A program made the position numbers and the translations under genes. 64,000 nucleotides of DNA from Mobula birostris (taxonomy: Eukaryota). A model generated the notes under the pieces. That model was not told the DNA's origin and made no database searches. It saw nothing but the letters and a program-made list of their open reading frames with translations. Positions 1 to 14,600 of the stretch are shown one piece after another. How positions within the stretch are numbered: the stretch's first letter is position 1; each line of letters starts with the position of its first letter. The stretch is taken from assembly GCF_030028105.1 (NCBI RefSeq), contig NC_092397.1:28053097-28117096 (forward strand). Reading direction: 5' to 3'.

Positions 1-339
1 GTTATAATGTCACTCTCTTCTCATTCTTATGAACTCCAGAAAGTACAGGCCCAGAGCCATCAAATGCTCCTAATGTGTTAACCTTTTCATTCCCGGGGTC
101 ATTCTCGTCAACCTGCTCTGGACCCTCTCCAATGCAAACACATCAATCCTTGGATGAAGGGCCCAGCATTGCTCACAATACTCCTTGCAGACTGACAAAT
201 GTCAGCATGGACAAGTAGGCCCCTATTTTCACATTTTTGTGAGAAAAGTAACTAATTTTCATTCTTATATTTTGCTGGTTTTAATGTAATCTTCTTCCTC
301 AGTTGTAATTTCTATTTTCCTTCACGATGAAGACTTTGC

Positions 340-1589
340 ATTCAAAGTCAACAACATCTCCTCCACAATCACCATCAGCACTGGTGCACCACAAGGTTGT
401 GCTTGGTCCACGACTCTACTCACTTTATACCTGTGATTATGTGGCTAAGTACAACCCCAGTGACATATTTAAGTTTGCAGATGACACCACTGTTGTTGGA
501 TGAATCAAAGGTGGTGACAAATTTGCCCTCAGGAGGGAGATGTGTGATCTGGTTGAATGGTGCCACAACGACAACCTCTCACTCAATATCAGCAGATCAC
601 TGACCACAGGGGCAGGAAACCGGACGTCCACGGATCAGTCATCATCAGGGGACTGGAGGTGGAGAAAGTCAGTAACATTAAATTTCTGAGCATTATCATT
701 TCAGAGGGTCTGTCCTGGGACTAGCAGTAAGTGTCACTATAAAGCAGACAGGGCAGAGACTCTGCCTGCGTGTAATCAGCGTGACATCTGAAACTTTGAC
801 AGATATAGATGCAGAGTGGAGAGTAACCTGACTGGTTTCATCATGGCCTGATATGGAAACACAATGATCAGGAATGGAAAGGAAAATGTCTACATGAAAT
901 TTGTGGAGATGTCAGGTGTAATTTTTTTTTACCAGAGTGTGGTGAGTGCGTGGAATAGGCTACCGGCAAAGGTAGTGGAGGCGGATACAATAGAGTATTT
1001 TCACAGACTCCTAGATAGGTACTTGGAGCTTAGAAAAACAAAGGGCTCTGGGGAATGCCAGGTAATTTCTAAAATAGGTACAGGTTTGGCACGGCATCGT
1101 GGGCCGAAGGGCCTGTATTGTGCTGCAGGTTTTCCATGTTTCTAACTGGTGGATGCATCCCAGTACATCACAGGCAAAGCCCTCCCCATCATTCAGTACA
1201 TTTACAAGCAGCACTTCTACAAGAAAGCTGCATCCATCATCAACAACATCCTTCAGCCACCTCATGCTCTCTTCCACTGCTGCCATCGGGAAGGACGTAC
1301 AGGAGCCTTTGGTCCCACACCACCAGGTTCAGGAAGAGTTATTACCCTACACCAGTCATGCTCTTGAAATGGTGTAGGTATCTTCACTGAACTGATTCCA
1401 TAACCTGCAGATTCACTTTCAAGTACTCCACAACCGAATTGCACAGTAATATTTATGTTTTAGTATTTGCATGATCTGTCTTTTGCACATTGGTTGTCTG
1501 TCAGTCTTTGCTGTTTATAGTTTTCCTAAATTCCACTGTCTTCATTTCCCTGTGAATACCTGAAAGAAAATGAATCTGAAAGTACTAAC
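340..1589 (+). mobile_element. Decayed Rex1/Babar-type LINE RT and 3' fragments, interrupted by a CR1 3' tail (~890-1145)
   Basis: 'accatcagcactggtgcaccacaaggttgtg' (STGAPQG), 'aagtttgcagatgacaccac' (KFADDT), and a LLPSGRTYRS/TTRFRKSYYP tail similar to the copy at 1.6-3.9 kb; frameshifted. Confidence 0.7.
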
Positions 1590-3860
1590 CTGTTGCGTCA
1601 GATGTCCCAACAGAGGAGACCACTGCTACACTACAATAAGGAATGTCTATCGTTTGCTCCCAAGACCACATTTTGTTCAGTGGGATCATTTGGCTGTACT
1701 CCTCCTACCTGCACACAGACAGAGCCTAAGGAACAAGGCTTCAGAGATCAAGATAACCGAGCGGTGGTGTTGGGAGGCAGAGGAACGGTTACAGGATTGC
1801 CTTGTGTCAGCAGGCTGAGCCATGTTCGTGAACTCATCTCAGGACCTGAAGGATGACACCGGGGTCACTACAGACTTTACTAAAACAGCTGTGGAGTCGT
1901 GTGTCCCCACAAAATCATTCAGGGTTTTCCCAAATCAGTAGGCCTGGATGAGCAATGAGATCCGGAACCTGCTGAGTGCCAGGTCAGAGGCATTCAAGTC
2001 TGGAGATCAGGAATGCTACAAGAGGTGCAGGTATGATCTCCAGAAACCATCTCTCGGGCAAAGTGGAGATTCCAGGCTAGACTGGAATAAAAGAGAGATG
2101 CTTGACAGCTGTGTCAGGGTTTGAATGCCAGAACCTCCTGCAAAGGTAAATCTTGTGATAAAAGGGGACAGCACAGCTTCACTTCCAGACGAGCTCAATG
2201 CCTTCTATGCTCACTTTGTCCACCAGAAGAGGGAGGAACCATCGCGCACCCCCCTGTCTCCCGATGGTCATTTGGTCTCAGTATCTGAAGATGACGTGCA
2301 GGCTGCCTTCAAGAGAGTGAATCCAAGGAAAGCATCTGGTCTGGATGGAGTACCTGGCCGAGTACTGAAGACCTGTGCTGACCAGCTGGCTGGTGTATTC
2401 ACGGATATCTTCAACCTCTCGATCTGGCAGTGTGTGGTACCCACCTACTTCAAGGAAGCTTCAATTATTACGGTGCCCAACAGGAGCATGGTAACCTGTT
2501 TAAATGACTATTACCCAATGGCACTCGCATCCTCAGTGATGAAGTGTTTTGAGAGGCTGGTGTTGAAGCATATCAGCTCTTGTCTGAATGGTGACTTGGA
2601 TCCTCTCCAATTCACCTGCCGAAGCAACAGCAGATACTGTCTCGTTGTCTCTTCACACAACTTTGGAACATCTGGACAGCAAAGATGCAAACATCTGGAT
2701 GCCCTTTATTGATTACAGTTCAGCATTTAACAATGTCATCCCCTCAAAACTGATCAGTAAGCTCTCAGACCTGGGCCTCAATACCCCCTTGTGCAATTGG
2801 ATCCTGGATTTCCTCAGGTGCAGATCCAAGTCAGTTCAGATTGGCAAAAACATCTACTCCACAATCTCTATCAGCACAGGAGCACCACAAGGAAGTGTGC
2901 TTAGCCCCCAGCTCTACTCACTTTACACCTATGACTGTGTAGCTGAGTACAGCTCCAAAACCATATACAAGTTTGCTGATTACACCACAATCAAAGGTGG
3001 TGATGAATCAGCAAACAGGAGAGAGATTGAAAACTTTGCTGAGTGGTGTAATAACAACAACCCCTCACTCAATGTCAGTAAGACTAAGGGACAGATTATA
3101 GACTTCAGGAGGGAGAAACCAAAGGTCCATGAGCTAGTAATCAAAGGATGATCAGAGGTGGAGAGAGTCAGTAACTTTAAATTCCTGTGTGTCACTCACT
3201 CAGAGGACCTGTCCTGGACCCATCGCATAAATATAATTGTGAAGAAAGCACAACAGCACTCTACTTCCTCAGGACTCTGTGGATGTTCAGCATGTCATTG
3301 AAAACCTTGGCAAACTTATATAAATGTGTGGTGGAAGGTGTGCTGACTGGCTGCATTACGGCCTGGTATAGGAACACCAATGCCTTTGAGTGGAAAATCC
3401 CACAAAGTGTAGTGGATTCGGCCCAGTATATCACAGGTAAAACCCTCACAACCACTGAGCACATCTACATGAAACATTGCCGCAGGAAAGCAGGGTCCAT
3501 CAGCAAAGATCCTCACCACCCAGGCAATGATCTTTTCTCACTGTTACCATCAGGTAGAAGGTACAGGTACCTCAGGACTCGCCCCACCAGGTTCAAGAAC
3601 AGTTACTACCCCTCAACCATCAGTGTCTTGAACAAAACACTCATGTCACCACTGTTATATCGTTATTTCATGCTTGTTATTTATTGCTATTTATTTCTCT
3701 GCATTTACACAATTTGTTTACAGTTTATAGTTCCTCATATTTACAGTTCACAGTTACTGTTCTATAGATTTGTTAAGATTGCCCGCGGAACAAGATTCTT
3801 GGGGTTGTCTGTGGTGACACGTATGTACTGTGAGAATATATTTGAATTTGAACTTTGAAC
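1590..3860 (+). mobile_element. Rex1/Babar-clade non-LTR retrotransposon, 5'-truncated and frameshifted (end of endonuclease plus RT)
   Basis: ORFs 1570-1818 (DHCYTT...PRPHF), 2125-2712 (KASGLDGVPG, MKCFERLV), 2588-3151 (FIDYSSAFN, TGAPQGSVLSP, KFADYT), 3187-3858 (LLPSGRRYR, RFKNSYYP); tail TTTGAATTTGAACTTTGAAC at 3841-3860. Confidence 0.85.
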
Positions 3861-4099
3861 AATATGGTGACATATGCGCAGTGTGATAACAACTTACTTT
3901 GGATAAAATTTTGGCTTTGACAATATTTTTCCGTGACGCTCTTTTTTCATGATCTAGTTCCAACATATTTTATCCAAAATTATAAAAAGATTATCCACAC
4001 AAAAATATAGAAAATACAAACATGACATATTTATAAGATCGAAGAGCTAAATTACAATATGAATATTACTGTGTATAACACACTCAATTCCAGGGAATG

Positions 4100-4400
4100 G
4101 GGGAGTGGGTCACGTCCCTGGAAATCTCCCGCTCTCCCCATTCTGTTTACAATGGTCGGAAGTTTTTCAGCCGCTCTGCTGATTGACAGCTCCCTCTGCC
4201 CCGCCTCCGTTGCCCCATGACGCGCTGACGTCACAAAGCCCCACCTTCAGCGACGTCGTTTCCTGGGGAACGGTCCGGGGTGGTGGAGTCGGTCTCCACT
4301 TGTTGGGGTTTTGGCCTCTCCTCTTCCTGCCCGCGGAACAGTGAGTGTCTGTCAGCGCCTTACTGCACCGGCTCTCTGCCTCAGGTACAATATTTAAAAC
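4100..4400 (+). promoter_or_regulatory. CpG-rich putative promoter/first exon
   Basis: Local CpG enrichment, GC box CCCCGCC (~4199), perfect CRE TGACGTCA 4226-4233, candidate splice donor CA|GTGAGT at 4341. Confidence 0.45.
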
Positions 4401-5480
4401 ATATTTGCACAGTCACATGGATGGGAAAGGTTGAGAGGGATACGGGCCTAATGCAGGCAGACGGGACGAGCTCAGGTCGGCAACTTGGTCGGCGGGGATG
4501 AGTTGTACCGAAGGGACTGTTTCATTTCTGTATAAACCAGTGACTCTATTTTGGGAGGTTAAATCATGGCAGGATGTACACAGATTCCTGAGAAGTTTCT
4601 GCCCCCCTCCCCCACACCTCTTCTGGTACTGATTTAGATGCCACCTATTCTCTGTGTGAAATATTTACCCTTCAGATCCCCTTTGAATCCGTCTTTAAAC
4701 AGTTTTGTCCAACTCTAATGAGAGGCAGTTCTTGACTGTCGAGGCAAGCAGAACACACAACCCTGTCTGCCTGTGATGCCACATACAGGGAAATGTGTAA
4801 CAATATTAGAGGCACATGCACAGGTACTTCAGTGAGCAAGGCCCAGAGGCATATTAAACTAATGCAGGGAAGTGGGATTAGTACAGCTGTGCATGATGGG
4901 GAACATAAATGTGATGGGCCAGAGGGTCAGTTTCTATCCTGTACAACCCTGACCACAGCAGTCCTCCACTGCAGTGGGGTTTGTCACCTTCATTCTCAAC
5001 TGTGAGCTTGTTCCACTGAACCCATTATCCTCTGAGAAGACATTTGCACCCTCCCACTATGACCAACCTATCAGCCATCTCTCCTAATATCACCCAGAAT
5101 ACTTCACCAAATTCCTATATAAAACTATTGTTACTGGTGCATAGGGAATGACAGCATTTTGGTAGCCTTCTGAGGGGGTTGGTTCAGTATTTGACCATTA
5201 ATACCTTTGTACAACAACAATCCCATCATACTGGGTACTGAATGTTTTAGGTATGACCATCCTGAAGTTCTGTGTTTCAGGTTCCCATTGCACTTTCACA
5301 GTCAGTGGTTTCTGCATGTCCATACTGACCATCAAGAATCTGTCTCCACTAACTCAGAACTTGGTCTGTCTTCTACCCTGCCTTGGTGATTCAAATGCTC
5401 ATCCAGATGGTCCTCAAATACCAGCCTGCATCACCCCTTCAGACTGTGTTCCAGATTGTAACCTCCCTCTGGGGAGAAAT

Positions 5481-8400
5481 GAAACATAGAAAACCTACAG
5501 CACAATGCAGGCCCTTCGGCCCACAAAGTTGTGCCAAACATGTACCTACCTTTGAAATTACTAGGGTTACCCACAACCCTCTATCTTTCTAAGCTCCGTG
5601 TATCTATCCAAACGTCTCTTAAAAGACCCTATCGTATCAGCCTCCACCACCATTGCTGGCAGCCTATTCCATACACTCACCACTCTCTGCATTTAAAATA
5701 AAGAAAAAAAAACAACAACTTAACCTGACATCTCCTCTGTACCTACTCCCAAGCACGTTAAACCTGTGCCCTCTTGTGGCAGCCAATTCAGCCCTGGGAA
5801 AAATCCTCTGACTATCCACACAGTCAATGCCTCTCATCATCTTATACACCTCTATCAGGTCACCTCTCATCCTCTGTCGCTCCAAGGAGAAAAGGCTGAG
5901 TTCATTCTACCTATTCTCATAAGGCATGCTCCCCAATCCAGGTAACATCCTTGTAATTCTCCTCTGCACCTTTCTGTGGTTTCCACATCCTTCCTGTAGT
6001 GAGGCGACCAGAACTGAGCACAGTCCTCCAAGTGGGTCTGACCAAGGTCCTATCGAGCTGCCACATTACTTCTCAGCTGCTAAGTTCAATTCCACGATTG
6101 ATGAAGGCCAATGAAGCGTATGCCTTCTTTACCACAGAGTCAACCTGCGCAGCTGCTTTGAACGTCTTATGGACTCTGACCCCAAAAGCCCTCAGGTCCT
6201 CTACACTGCCTTGGTCTTACCATTAATACTATATGCTGTCATCATATTTGACCTACCAAAATGAACCACTTCACACTTACCTGGGTTGAATTCCACCTGC
6301 CACTTCTCAGCCCAGTTTTGCATCCTATCAGTGTCCCACTGTAACCTCTGACAGCCCTCCACACTATCCACAGCACCCCCAACCTTTGTGTCATCAGCAA
6401 ACTTACTAACCCATCCCTCCACTTCCTCATCCAGGTCATTTATAAAAATCAGAAAAAGTAAGGGTCCCAGAACAGATCCCTGAGGCACACCACTGGTCAC
6501 CGATCTCCATGCAGAATATGACCCGTTTACAATCACTCTTTGCCTTCTGTGGGCAAGCCAGTTCTGGATCCGCAAAACATTGCCCCCTTTGATCCCATGC
6601 CTCCTTACTTTCTCAATAAGCCTTGCATGGGGTACCTTATCAAATGCCTTGCTGAAATCCATATGCACTACATCTACTGCTCTCCCTTCATCAATGTGTT
6701 CAGTCACATGCTCAAAAAATTCAATCAGGCTCGTAAGGCGCAACCTGCCCTTGACAAAGCCATGCTGACTATCCCTAATCATATTATACCTCTCCAAATG
6801 TTCATAAACCCTGCCTCTCAGGATCTTCATCAGCTTACCAACCACTGAAGTAAGACTCACTGGTCAATAATTTCCTGGGCTATCTCTACTCCCTTTCTTG
6901 AATGAGGGAACAACATCCTCAGTCCTCCGGAACCTCTCCTGTCCCCATTGATGATGCAAAGATCATCGCCAGAGGCTCAGCAATCTCCTCCCTCGCCTCC
7001 CGCAGTATCCTGGGGTACATATCATCTGGTCCTGGCCTCTTATCCAACCTGATGCTTTCCAAAAGCTCCAGCATATCCACTTTCTTAATATCTACATGCT
7101 CAAGCTTTTCAATCCGCTGCAAGTCATCCCTACAATCATCGAGATCCTTTTCTGTAGTGAATATTAAAGTAATGTATTCATTAAGTACCTCTGCTATTTC
7201 CTCCGGTTCCATACACACTTTCCCACTGTCACACTTGATAGGTCCTATTCTTTCACGTCTTATCCTCTTGCTCTTCACATACTTGTAGAATGCCTTGGGG
7301 TTTTCCTTAATCCTGCCTACCAAGGCCTTGTCATGGCCCCTTCTGGCACTGCTAATTTCCTTCTTAAGCTCCTTCCTGTTAGCCTGACAATCTTCTAGAT
7401 CTCTAACAGTACCTAGCTCTCTTAACCTTATGTAAGCTTTTCTTTTCTTCATGACTAGATTTACTACAACCTTTGTACACCACGGTTCCTGTACCCTACC
7501 ATAACTTCCCTGTCTCATTGGAACGTACCTATGCAGAACTTCACACGAATATCCCCTGAATGTTTGCCACATTTCTTCCGTACCTTTCCCTGAGAACATC
7601 TGTTCCCAATTTAAGCTTCCAAGTTTCTGCCTGATAGCCTCATAATTCCCCTTACTCCAATTAAACACTTTTCTAACTTGTCTGTTCCTATCTCTCCCAA
7701 TGCTATTGTAAAGGAAATAGAATTATGATCACTATCTCTAAAATGCTGTCCTGCTGAGAGAACTGACACCTGACCAGGTTCATTTCCCAATACCAAATCA
7801 AGTACAGTCTCTCCTCTTGTAGGCTTATCTACACATTGTGTCAAGAAACCTTCCTGAACACACCTAACAAACTCCACCCTATCTAAACCCCTTGCTCGGG
7901 GAAGATGCCAATCAATATTTGGGAAATTAAAATCTCCTACCGCGACAACTCTGTTGTTATTACTCGTTTCCAGGATCTCTTTCCCTATCTGCTCCTCGAT
8001 ATCCCTGTTACTATTGGGTGGCCTATGAAAACCACCCAGTAGAGTAATTGACCCCTTCCTGTTCCTAACCTCCACCCACAGAGACTCTGTAGACAATCCT
8101 CCCATGACGTCCTCCTTTTCTGCAGGCATGACACTATCTCTGATCAACAGTACCACGCCCCCACCTCTTTTGCCTTCCTCTCTGTCCTTCCTGAAACATC
8201 TAAAACCTGGCACTTGAAGTAACCATTCCTGTCCCTGAGCCATCCAAGTCTTTGTAATGGCCACCACATCATAGCTCCAAGTAGTGATACATGCTCTAAG
8301 CTCATCCGCTTTGTTCACAATACTCCCTGCGTTAAAATAGACACATCTCAAACCGTTGGTCTGAGCACGTACCTTCTCTATCACTTGCCTGTCCTCCCTC

Positions 8401-9600
8401 ACACACCGTCTCCAAGCTTTCTCTATTTGTAAGCCAACCGCCTCTTCCCCAGTCTCTTCAGTTCGGTTCCCACCCCCCAATAGTTCTAGTTTAAACTCTC
8501 CCCAGTAGCAAACCTCCCTGCCAAGATATTGGTCCCTGTGGGATTCAAGTGCAACTCATCCTTTTTGTACAGGTCACAACTGCCCCAAAAGAGGTCCCAA
8601 TGATCCAGAAATCCCAATCCCTGCCCCCTGCTTCAATCCCTCAGCCACTCATTTATCCTCCAGCTCATTCTATTCCTATACTCACTGTCCCGTGGCACAG
8701 GCAGTAATCCCGAGATTACTACCTTTGCTCTCCTGCTTCTTAACTTCCTTCCTAACTCCCTGTAGACTGTGTTCAGGACCTCCACCCTTTTCCTACCTAT
8801 GTCAGTTGTACCATTATGTACCATGACGTCTGGCTGTTCTCTATTCCACTGCAGGATATTTTGGACGCGATCTGAAACTTCCCGGACCCTGGCATCCGGG
8901 AGGCAAATTACCATCCGTGTTTCTTTCCTGCATTCACAGAGTGCCTAACTAAAGAGTCCCCTATCACTACGGCTTTTCTCTTCCTTTCCCTACCCTTCTG
9001 AGCCACAGGGCCGGGCTCTGTGCCGGTGGCTCGGCTGCTGTTGCTTCCCCCAGGTAGACTGTCCCACCCTGCCCCCCCCAACAGTTCTCAAACAGGAGTA
9101 CTTATTGTTCAGGGGGACAGCCACAGGGCTACTCTCTGGTACCTGACTCTTCCCCTTCCCTCTCCTGACTCTTAACCACTTGTCTGTCTCCTATGGTCCC
9201 GGTGTGATCACCCTTCTATCACCTCGTCGCTGTCCCTGACCAGACAAAGGTTAACGAGCTGCAACTCCCGTTCCCTAACGCGGTCCCTTAGGAGCCGCAG
9301 CTCAACACACCGGGTGTGGATATTCCCGTCCACGAGGCTGGGAGACTCCAGAACTTTCCACATCTGACACCGAGCACAGAACACCGGTGTCACACACATA
9401 CTTCCTTTCCGCAATTAACGCAGGTAAACCTACCTCGCCTCATTATCACCTAAGCCAGTTGAGCCAAAGCCCTCTCACTCTGCTGCCCGCTGGATATGGC
9501 GCTCTTCTTTTTAACCTTTTCCCGCTCTACTGGCTGATGTCACGCGCCTGTGCAGTCTTGCCTCTCTTTACTCCGAGTAGTAAAATACCTTCGGTCTGGA
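5481..9600 (-). mobile_element. Near full-length but disrupted CR1 LINE (ORF1 zinc finger/esterase plus ORF2 endonuclease-RT)
   Basis: ORF1 pieces 9208-9414 (CARCQMW) and 8633-8914 (CLPDARV...VHNGTTDIG); endonuclease 7611-8480 (YFNAGSI, GDFNFP, SDH); RT 6201-7668 (DFSKAFDKVPH, GVPQGSVLGP, KFADDTK); 3' tail near 5481; several stops and frameshifts. Confidence 0.92.
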
Positions 9601-10089
9601 AATCCTGAGCCGTTCCACTCGCAGCCTTCTTGCTTTTCCTCATCCTCTTTAAACCACACATTTCTCTCGTTAAACTTTTGTTGCACACACCTCATAATTG
9701 TCTGCATTAAATTCCATCTGCCATTGTAACAGCTGGACAACGTCCCATGTCAATATTTGCTAGCCTTTCTTGCTGTCCACTGCACCCCTAATCTTGGTGT
9801 TATCTGCAAACTTGCTGATCCAGTTTACCACATTCTCATCCAGATTGTTAATACAGATGGAAAACAGCAATGGACCCAGCAATGGGAGGTTTAACCAGGG
9901 CAGGATGTACACAGTGAATGACAGGTTCCTGAGAAGTGTTCATGAACAGAGACTTTGTGTGTTTCTGCCTCCACCACCTCCTCTGGCAGGTCATTCAGGA
10001 GACCATCACTGATCCTTATCCCTCTCAAACCCCCCTCCCATAATCAAGAACATCCACATTAGATATACCCAGTGAATTGGCCACAGCCG

Positions 10090-11610
10090 TCTGTGGGGAT
10101 GAATTCAGAGTCAGAACCAGAATCAGGTTTATTACCACCGGCGTGTGTCATGAAATTTGTTAATGTAGCAACAGCAGTTCAATGCAGTATGTGATAATAT
10201 AGAAAGAATAAATAAATTACAGTATGTGTGTGTATGGATATGTTTATTTTGTAGATTGAAAACAGTGCAAAAACAGAAATAACATATATAGAATACATCT
10301 AGAGCAGTTTTGTCTGTTTTAAATTGAGAAATCAAATGTCTTCAAACTCCTTATGAAACATATCTGCTGTCATGCCTTCATTTTACTGTAGCTGCATCGA
10401 TATGTTGGGACCAGGTTAGATCCTCGGAGATATTGATATCCAGGAACTTGAAATTGTTCACTCTCTCCACTTCTGATCCCTCTATGAGGATTGGTTTGTG
10501 TTCCCTCATCTTACCTTTCCTTCAATCAGCTCTTTTGTCGCACTGACATTAAGCACAAGGTTGTTGCTGCGACATCACTCAACTAGCTGGTATATCTTGC
10601 TCCTGTAAGTCCTCTCCTCTCCATCTGAGATTGTACCAGCAATGGTTGTATCCAGCATATTTATGGATGGCTTTTGAGCTACGCTTAGTCACACAGTCAT
10701 GGGTAGAGGGGGAGTGGAGCAGTCGGCTAAGCACAATCCCTGAGGTGCACCAGTGTCAGTGTTGATTGTCAGCAAGGAGGAGATATTAATTTGAATTTGA
10801 ATTGACTTTATTTCTTGTATCCTTCATGTACATGAGGAGTAAAAATCTTTGTTACATCTCCGTCTAAACGTGCAATTTACAATCATAGTAATTTATATTA
10901 ATTTATAATAAATAGAACAGCCAGTGTAACATAGAAATACACTCAAATCAGTGTGAGTTAATCAGTCTGCTGGCCTGGTGGAAGAAGCTGTCCCGGAGCC
11001 TGTGTGTCCTGGCTTTTATGCTGCGGTCCTGTTTCCCGGATGGTTGCAGCTGGAATACATCGTGGTTGGGGTGACTCAGGTCCCCAGTGATCCTTCAGGC
11101 CCTTTTCTCACACCTTTTGTTGTAAGTGTCCTCAGTCATGGGAAGTTCACAACTACAGATGCACTGGGCTGTCTGCACCACTCTCTGTAGAGTCCTGCGA
11201 TTAACGGAGATGCAGTTCCCATACCAGGCAGTGATGCAGCCATTCAGGATGTTCTCAATTTTGCCCCTGTAGAAAGTTGTAAGGATTTGGGGGTTCCTAG
11301 CAAACTTCCTCAACCGTCTGAGGTGAAAGCGGCGCTGTTGTGCCTTTTTCACCACTCAGCTGGTGTGTGCGGACTGCGTGAGATCCTCGGGTATGCTGAT
11401 GCTGAGGAACTTAAAGCTGTTTACCGTCTCAACCCCAGATCCACTGATGTCAATAGGGGTTAGCCCGTCTCCATTAATCCGCACAGATTGTGGTGTCCCG
11501 GTTAGGAAGTCAAGGTGCGAGTTGCAGAGAGACCAGGTTCTGCAGTTTATTAATCAGGACTGTGGGATTGGTGGTATTAAACACTGAGCTATAGTCAATG
11601 AACAACATCC
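10090..11610 (-). mobile_element. Two nested/adjacent Rex1-type LINE 3' fragments
   Basis: ORF 11095-11355 (KKAQQR..LRRLRKF..GCITAWYGNC); typical tails at ~10110 and ~10790; 'gcttagccg' (VLSP) fragment near 10730. Confidence 0.7.
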
Positions 11611-11619
11611 TGTCACAGG

Positions 11620-14600
11620 CTGTGCAGATGCACTACCCCTTGGTATGGAAGTTTTACCTGATCTTTGTTCTAACAGGATGTCCTAGTATTCTGAGGCTGT
11701 GCCCTGTGATCCCAGACTGCCCCGCTATCGGAAACATCCTCCCCACTCCATTGTAGGTCTTTCTATTTTTGATAAGTTTCAGTGAGATTCCCTCATTCTT
11801 CTAAAGTCTAGCAAGTACAGGCCGAGAGCCAGCAAACAATCCTCGTGCATTAACCCTTTTATTGCCAGGATCATTCTTGTGAACCTCCTGTGAACACGTA
11901 CCTTTTTAGAGAAGGGGCCCAAAACAGTTCACAATACCAAGTGTGATCGGACCAATGCCTTATAAACTCTGAGCATTACATCCTCGCTTTTGTGTTGTAG
12001 TCTTCTTGAAATGAATGCTGACGTTGCATTTGATTTCCTTACCACCAAATCAACTGGCAAGTTTATCATTAGGAAATCCTGCACATCGGAGACGTGCCTG
12101 ACCCCAGTACCCGGGAGGGGACACCCCACCGTGGCATCTCTCTTGCTGCCACAGAATCTCCTGCACATCCCCTGTACTGTGAGTCTGTTGTCATCACTGC
12201 TGTGATTGACCTTTCCTCCCGCGGAGCATCAGACCGGGGTGTCAGTATCACTGACGTGACGGGCTGCTGTTCTCTGGTTTGTCATCCTCCCAGGGGTATC
12301 TAAAGGAGTGTACTTGTTGCTGAGGGTCACAGCCACAGGGAGACATTGCACTGTCTGTCTCTTCCCCTTTCCAGTCGTGGTAGTCACCAAACTATTTGCA
12401 GCCTGACCTCAGGTTTGACCAACCCACTGAATCTCTGGTCTCAGCATCCTGGAAACTCTGGGTCTGTCCATCTCCAGCACCATTCCCACTTCTAGTGGTC
12501 ACCCTCATGCATTAATCCTTTTATTGCCAGGATCATTTGTGGCACCTTGTCAAAGAAAGCCTTTTGAAAGTCCAAATATATGACATCAGTGCATCCCCTT
12601 TATCCATCCTGCATGTAATCTCCTCAAAGTATTCCAACAGGTTCATCAGGCAAGACTTTCCCTTAAGGAAACCGTGCTGACTTTGTCCTTTCTTGTCCTG
12701 TGTTTCCAATACTCTTCAATAATTGACTCCGGTATCTTCCCAACCACTGAGGTCAGTCTAACTGGTCTATATTTCCCTTTCTGCTGCCTTGCTTTGTTAT
12801 ATGCCTTCCCTTTTGGTTTTACATTAGCTTTGATTTCCTTGTCAGCCGCGGTTGTACTATTTTGCCATTTGAGTATTTATTTGTTTCTGGAATACATTCA
12901 TCCTGCACCTCCCTCATTCTCCCCAGAAACTGTTACTTCTCTGCTGCCATCCCTGCCAGCATCTCCTTCCAATTTATTTTAGCCAACTCTTCTCTCAAAC
13001 CACTGTAACTGCCTTTACTCCACTGAAACACTGCTGTGTCAGACTGTACTTTCTCCCTGTCCAATTTCAAGCTGAACTCAATGATACTGAGATCACTGCC
13101 TCCTAAGGGTTCTTTTACCTTCAGCTCCCTAATCACCTCCAGTTTATTCAATAACACACAATCCAGTATAGCTGTTCCCCTAGTAGCCCAATGACAAACT
13201 GCTCTAAAAAGCCATCTGTTCAGCATTCAGCAAACTCACTCTCTTCAGATCTATTTCCAACCTGATTTTCCCAATCGACCTGCATGTTAAAATCTCCCAT
13301 GACTCTGATGAAATCTCCCCTTCCACAACATTGCCCTTTTGACCTGCCTTTTCTATTTCCTGTTGTAATCTGTGGTCCACATACCAGCAACTGTTGGGAG
13401 GCCTGTAAACAACTACCATCAAAGTCTTTTTTACACTTGCAGTTTTTAAATTCAACTCACAATGATTCAACATCTTCCGATCCTGTGTCACATCTTTCTA
13501 CTGATTTGTTACCATTCTTTACCAGCAGAGCCATGCCATCTCCATTGTCTACCTTCCTATCCCTCTGATACGTGTAACCTGGGGCATTTAGCTCCGAACT
13601 AGAAACATCCTTCAGCCGTGATTTAGTGATGGTCACAACATTAAACATGACAATCCGTAATAGGGCAATAAGATTATCCACCTTATTTCTTACACTCCGT
13701 GTATTGAGATATAACAGTTTGAGTTCTGCATTTGCTACCCTTATTGATTCTGCATCCCTCATGCACTGATACTCACCCTGCTGGCTGCAGTTATGTCCTG
13801 TCATCTGCCTGCCCTTCCTGACAGTGTGACTGCATGCGATCTTTGCTTTTTTACCATCTGTCCTATCCTGCATCCTTTCACACCAGTTCCCATGCTCCTG
13901 CCAAATTAGTTTAAACCCTCCCCAACCACTCTAACAAACCAGCAGTATGCCCCCAAGAAAACTAATCTCAGGGTTGTATATGGTGACAGAAATGTATTTT
14001 GATAATACATTTACTTTCAGCTTTGAACTTTGTAGTAGAGAGCTGGGTGTTGTACTGGTCTGTGTCCTCACTGGCCGGTGTTGTGCTCTGGCAGCTCAGT
14101 GTACTTGGTATATAGTGTCAGTGTTTCCACAGAAGTGTGTCCTTATTAGACAATTGATCTTGTCCATCCTGGAGTTTGGTAGATTCACTGGCGACCAGAG
14201 TGATTTTTTTCAGACTATTATTGGGCGGAGAATCATTCTGTGATCGTCGAGACTATTTGACCCATCAAATTTATACCAACTCCTGCTACAACATTTCCAC
14301 AATCCCATTCCCCACTGTACCCACAGCTCTGCAGGTCATTTCCCCTGAAGGACTTGTCTAATTCCTCTCAGAACACTGGGTGTTCCTGCCACCACTCTGC
14401 TGAGTCCCATATTTCTCAAGGTGAAGTCAAGAATGTCCCTCTCCCTGGTGGACGACATATTGTTTCAGGAAACCTTCCTGAACACAAATAATGCTCCATC
14501 CAAGCCTCAGGGTGCAAGGGAGTCCCAGTTACTCCGGGGAGGTTATTCACTCACCAAATCTACTCTGTAGTTTTTACATCAGTCCATAACCTGCCAACAT

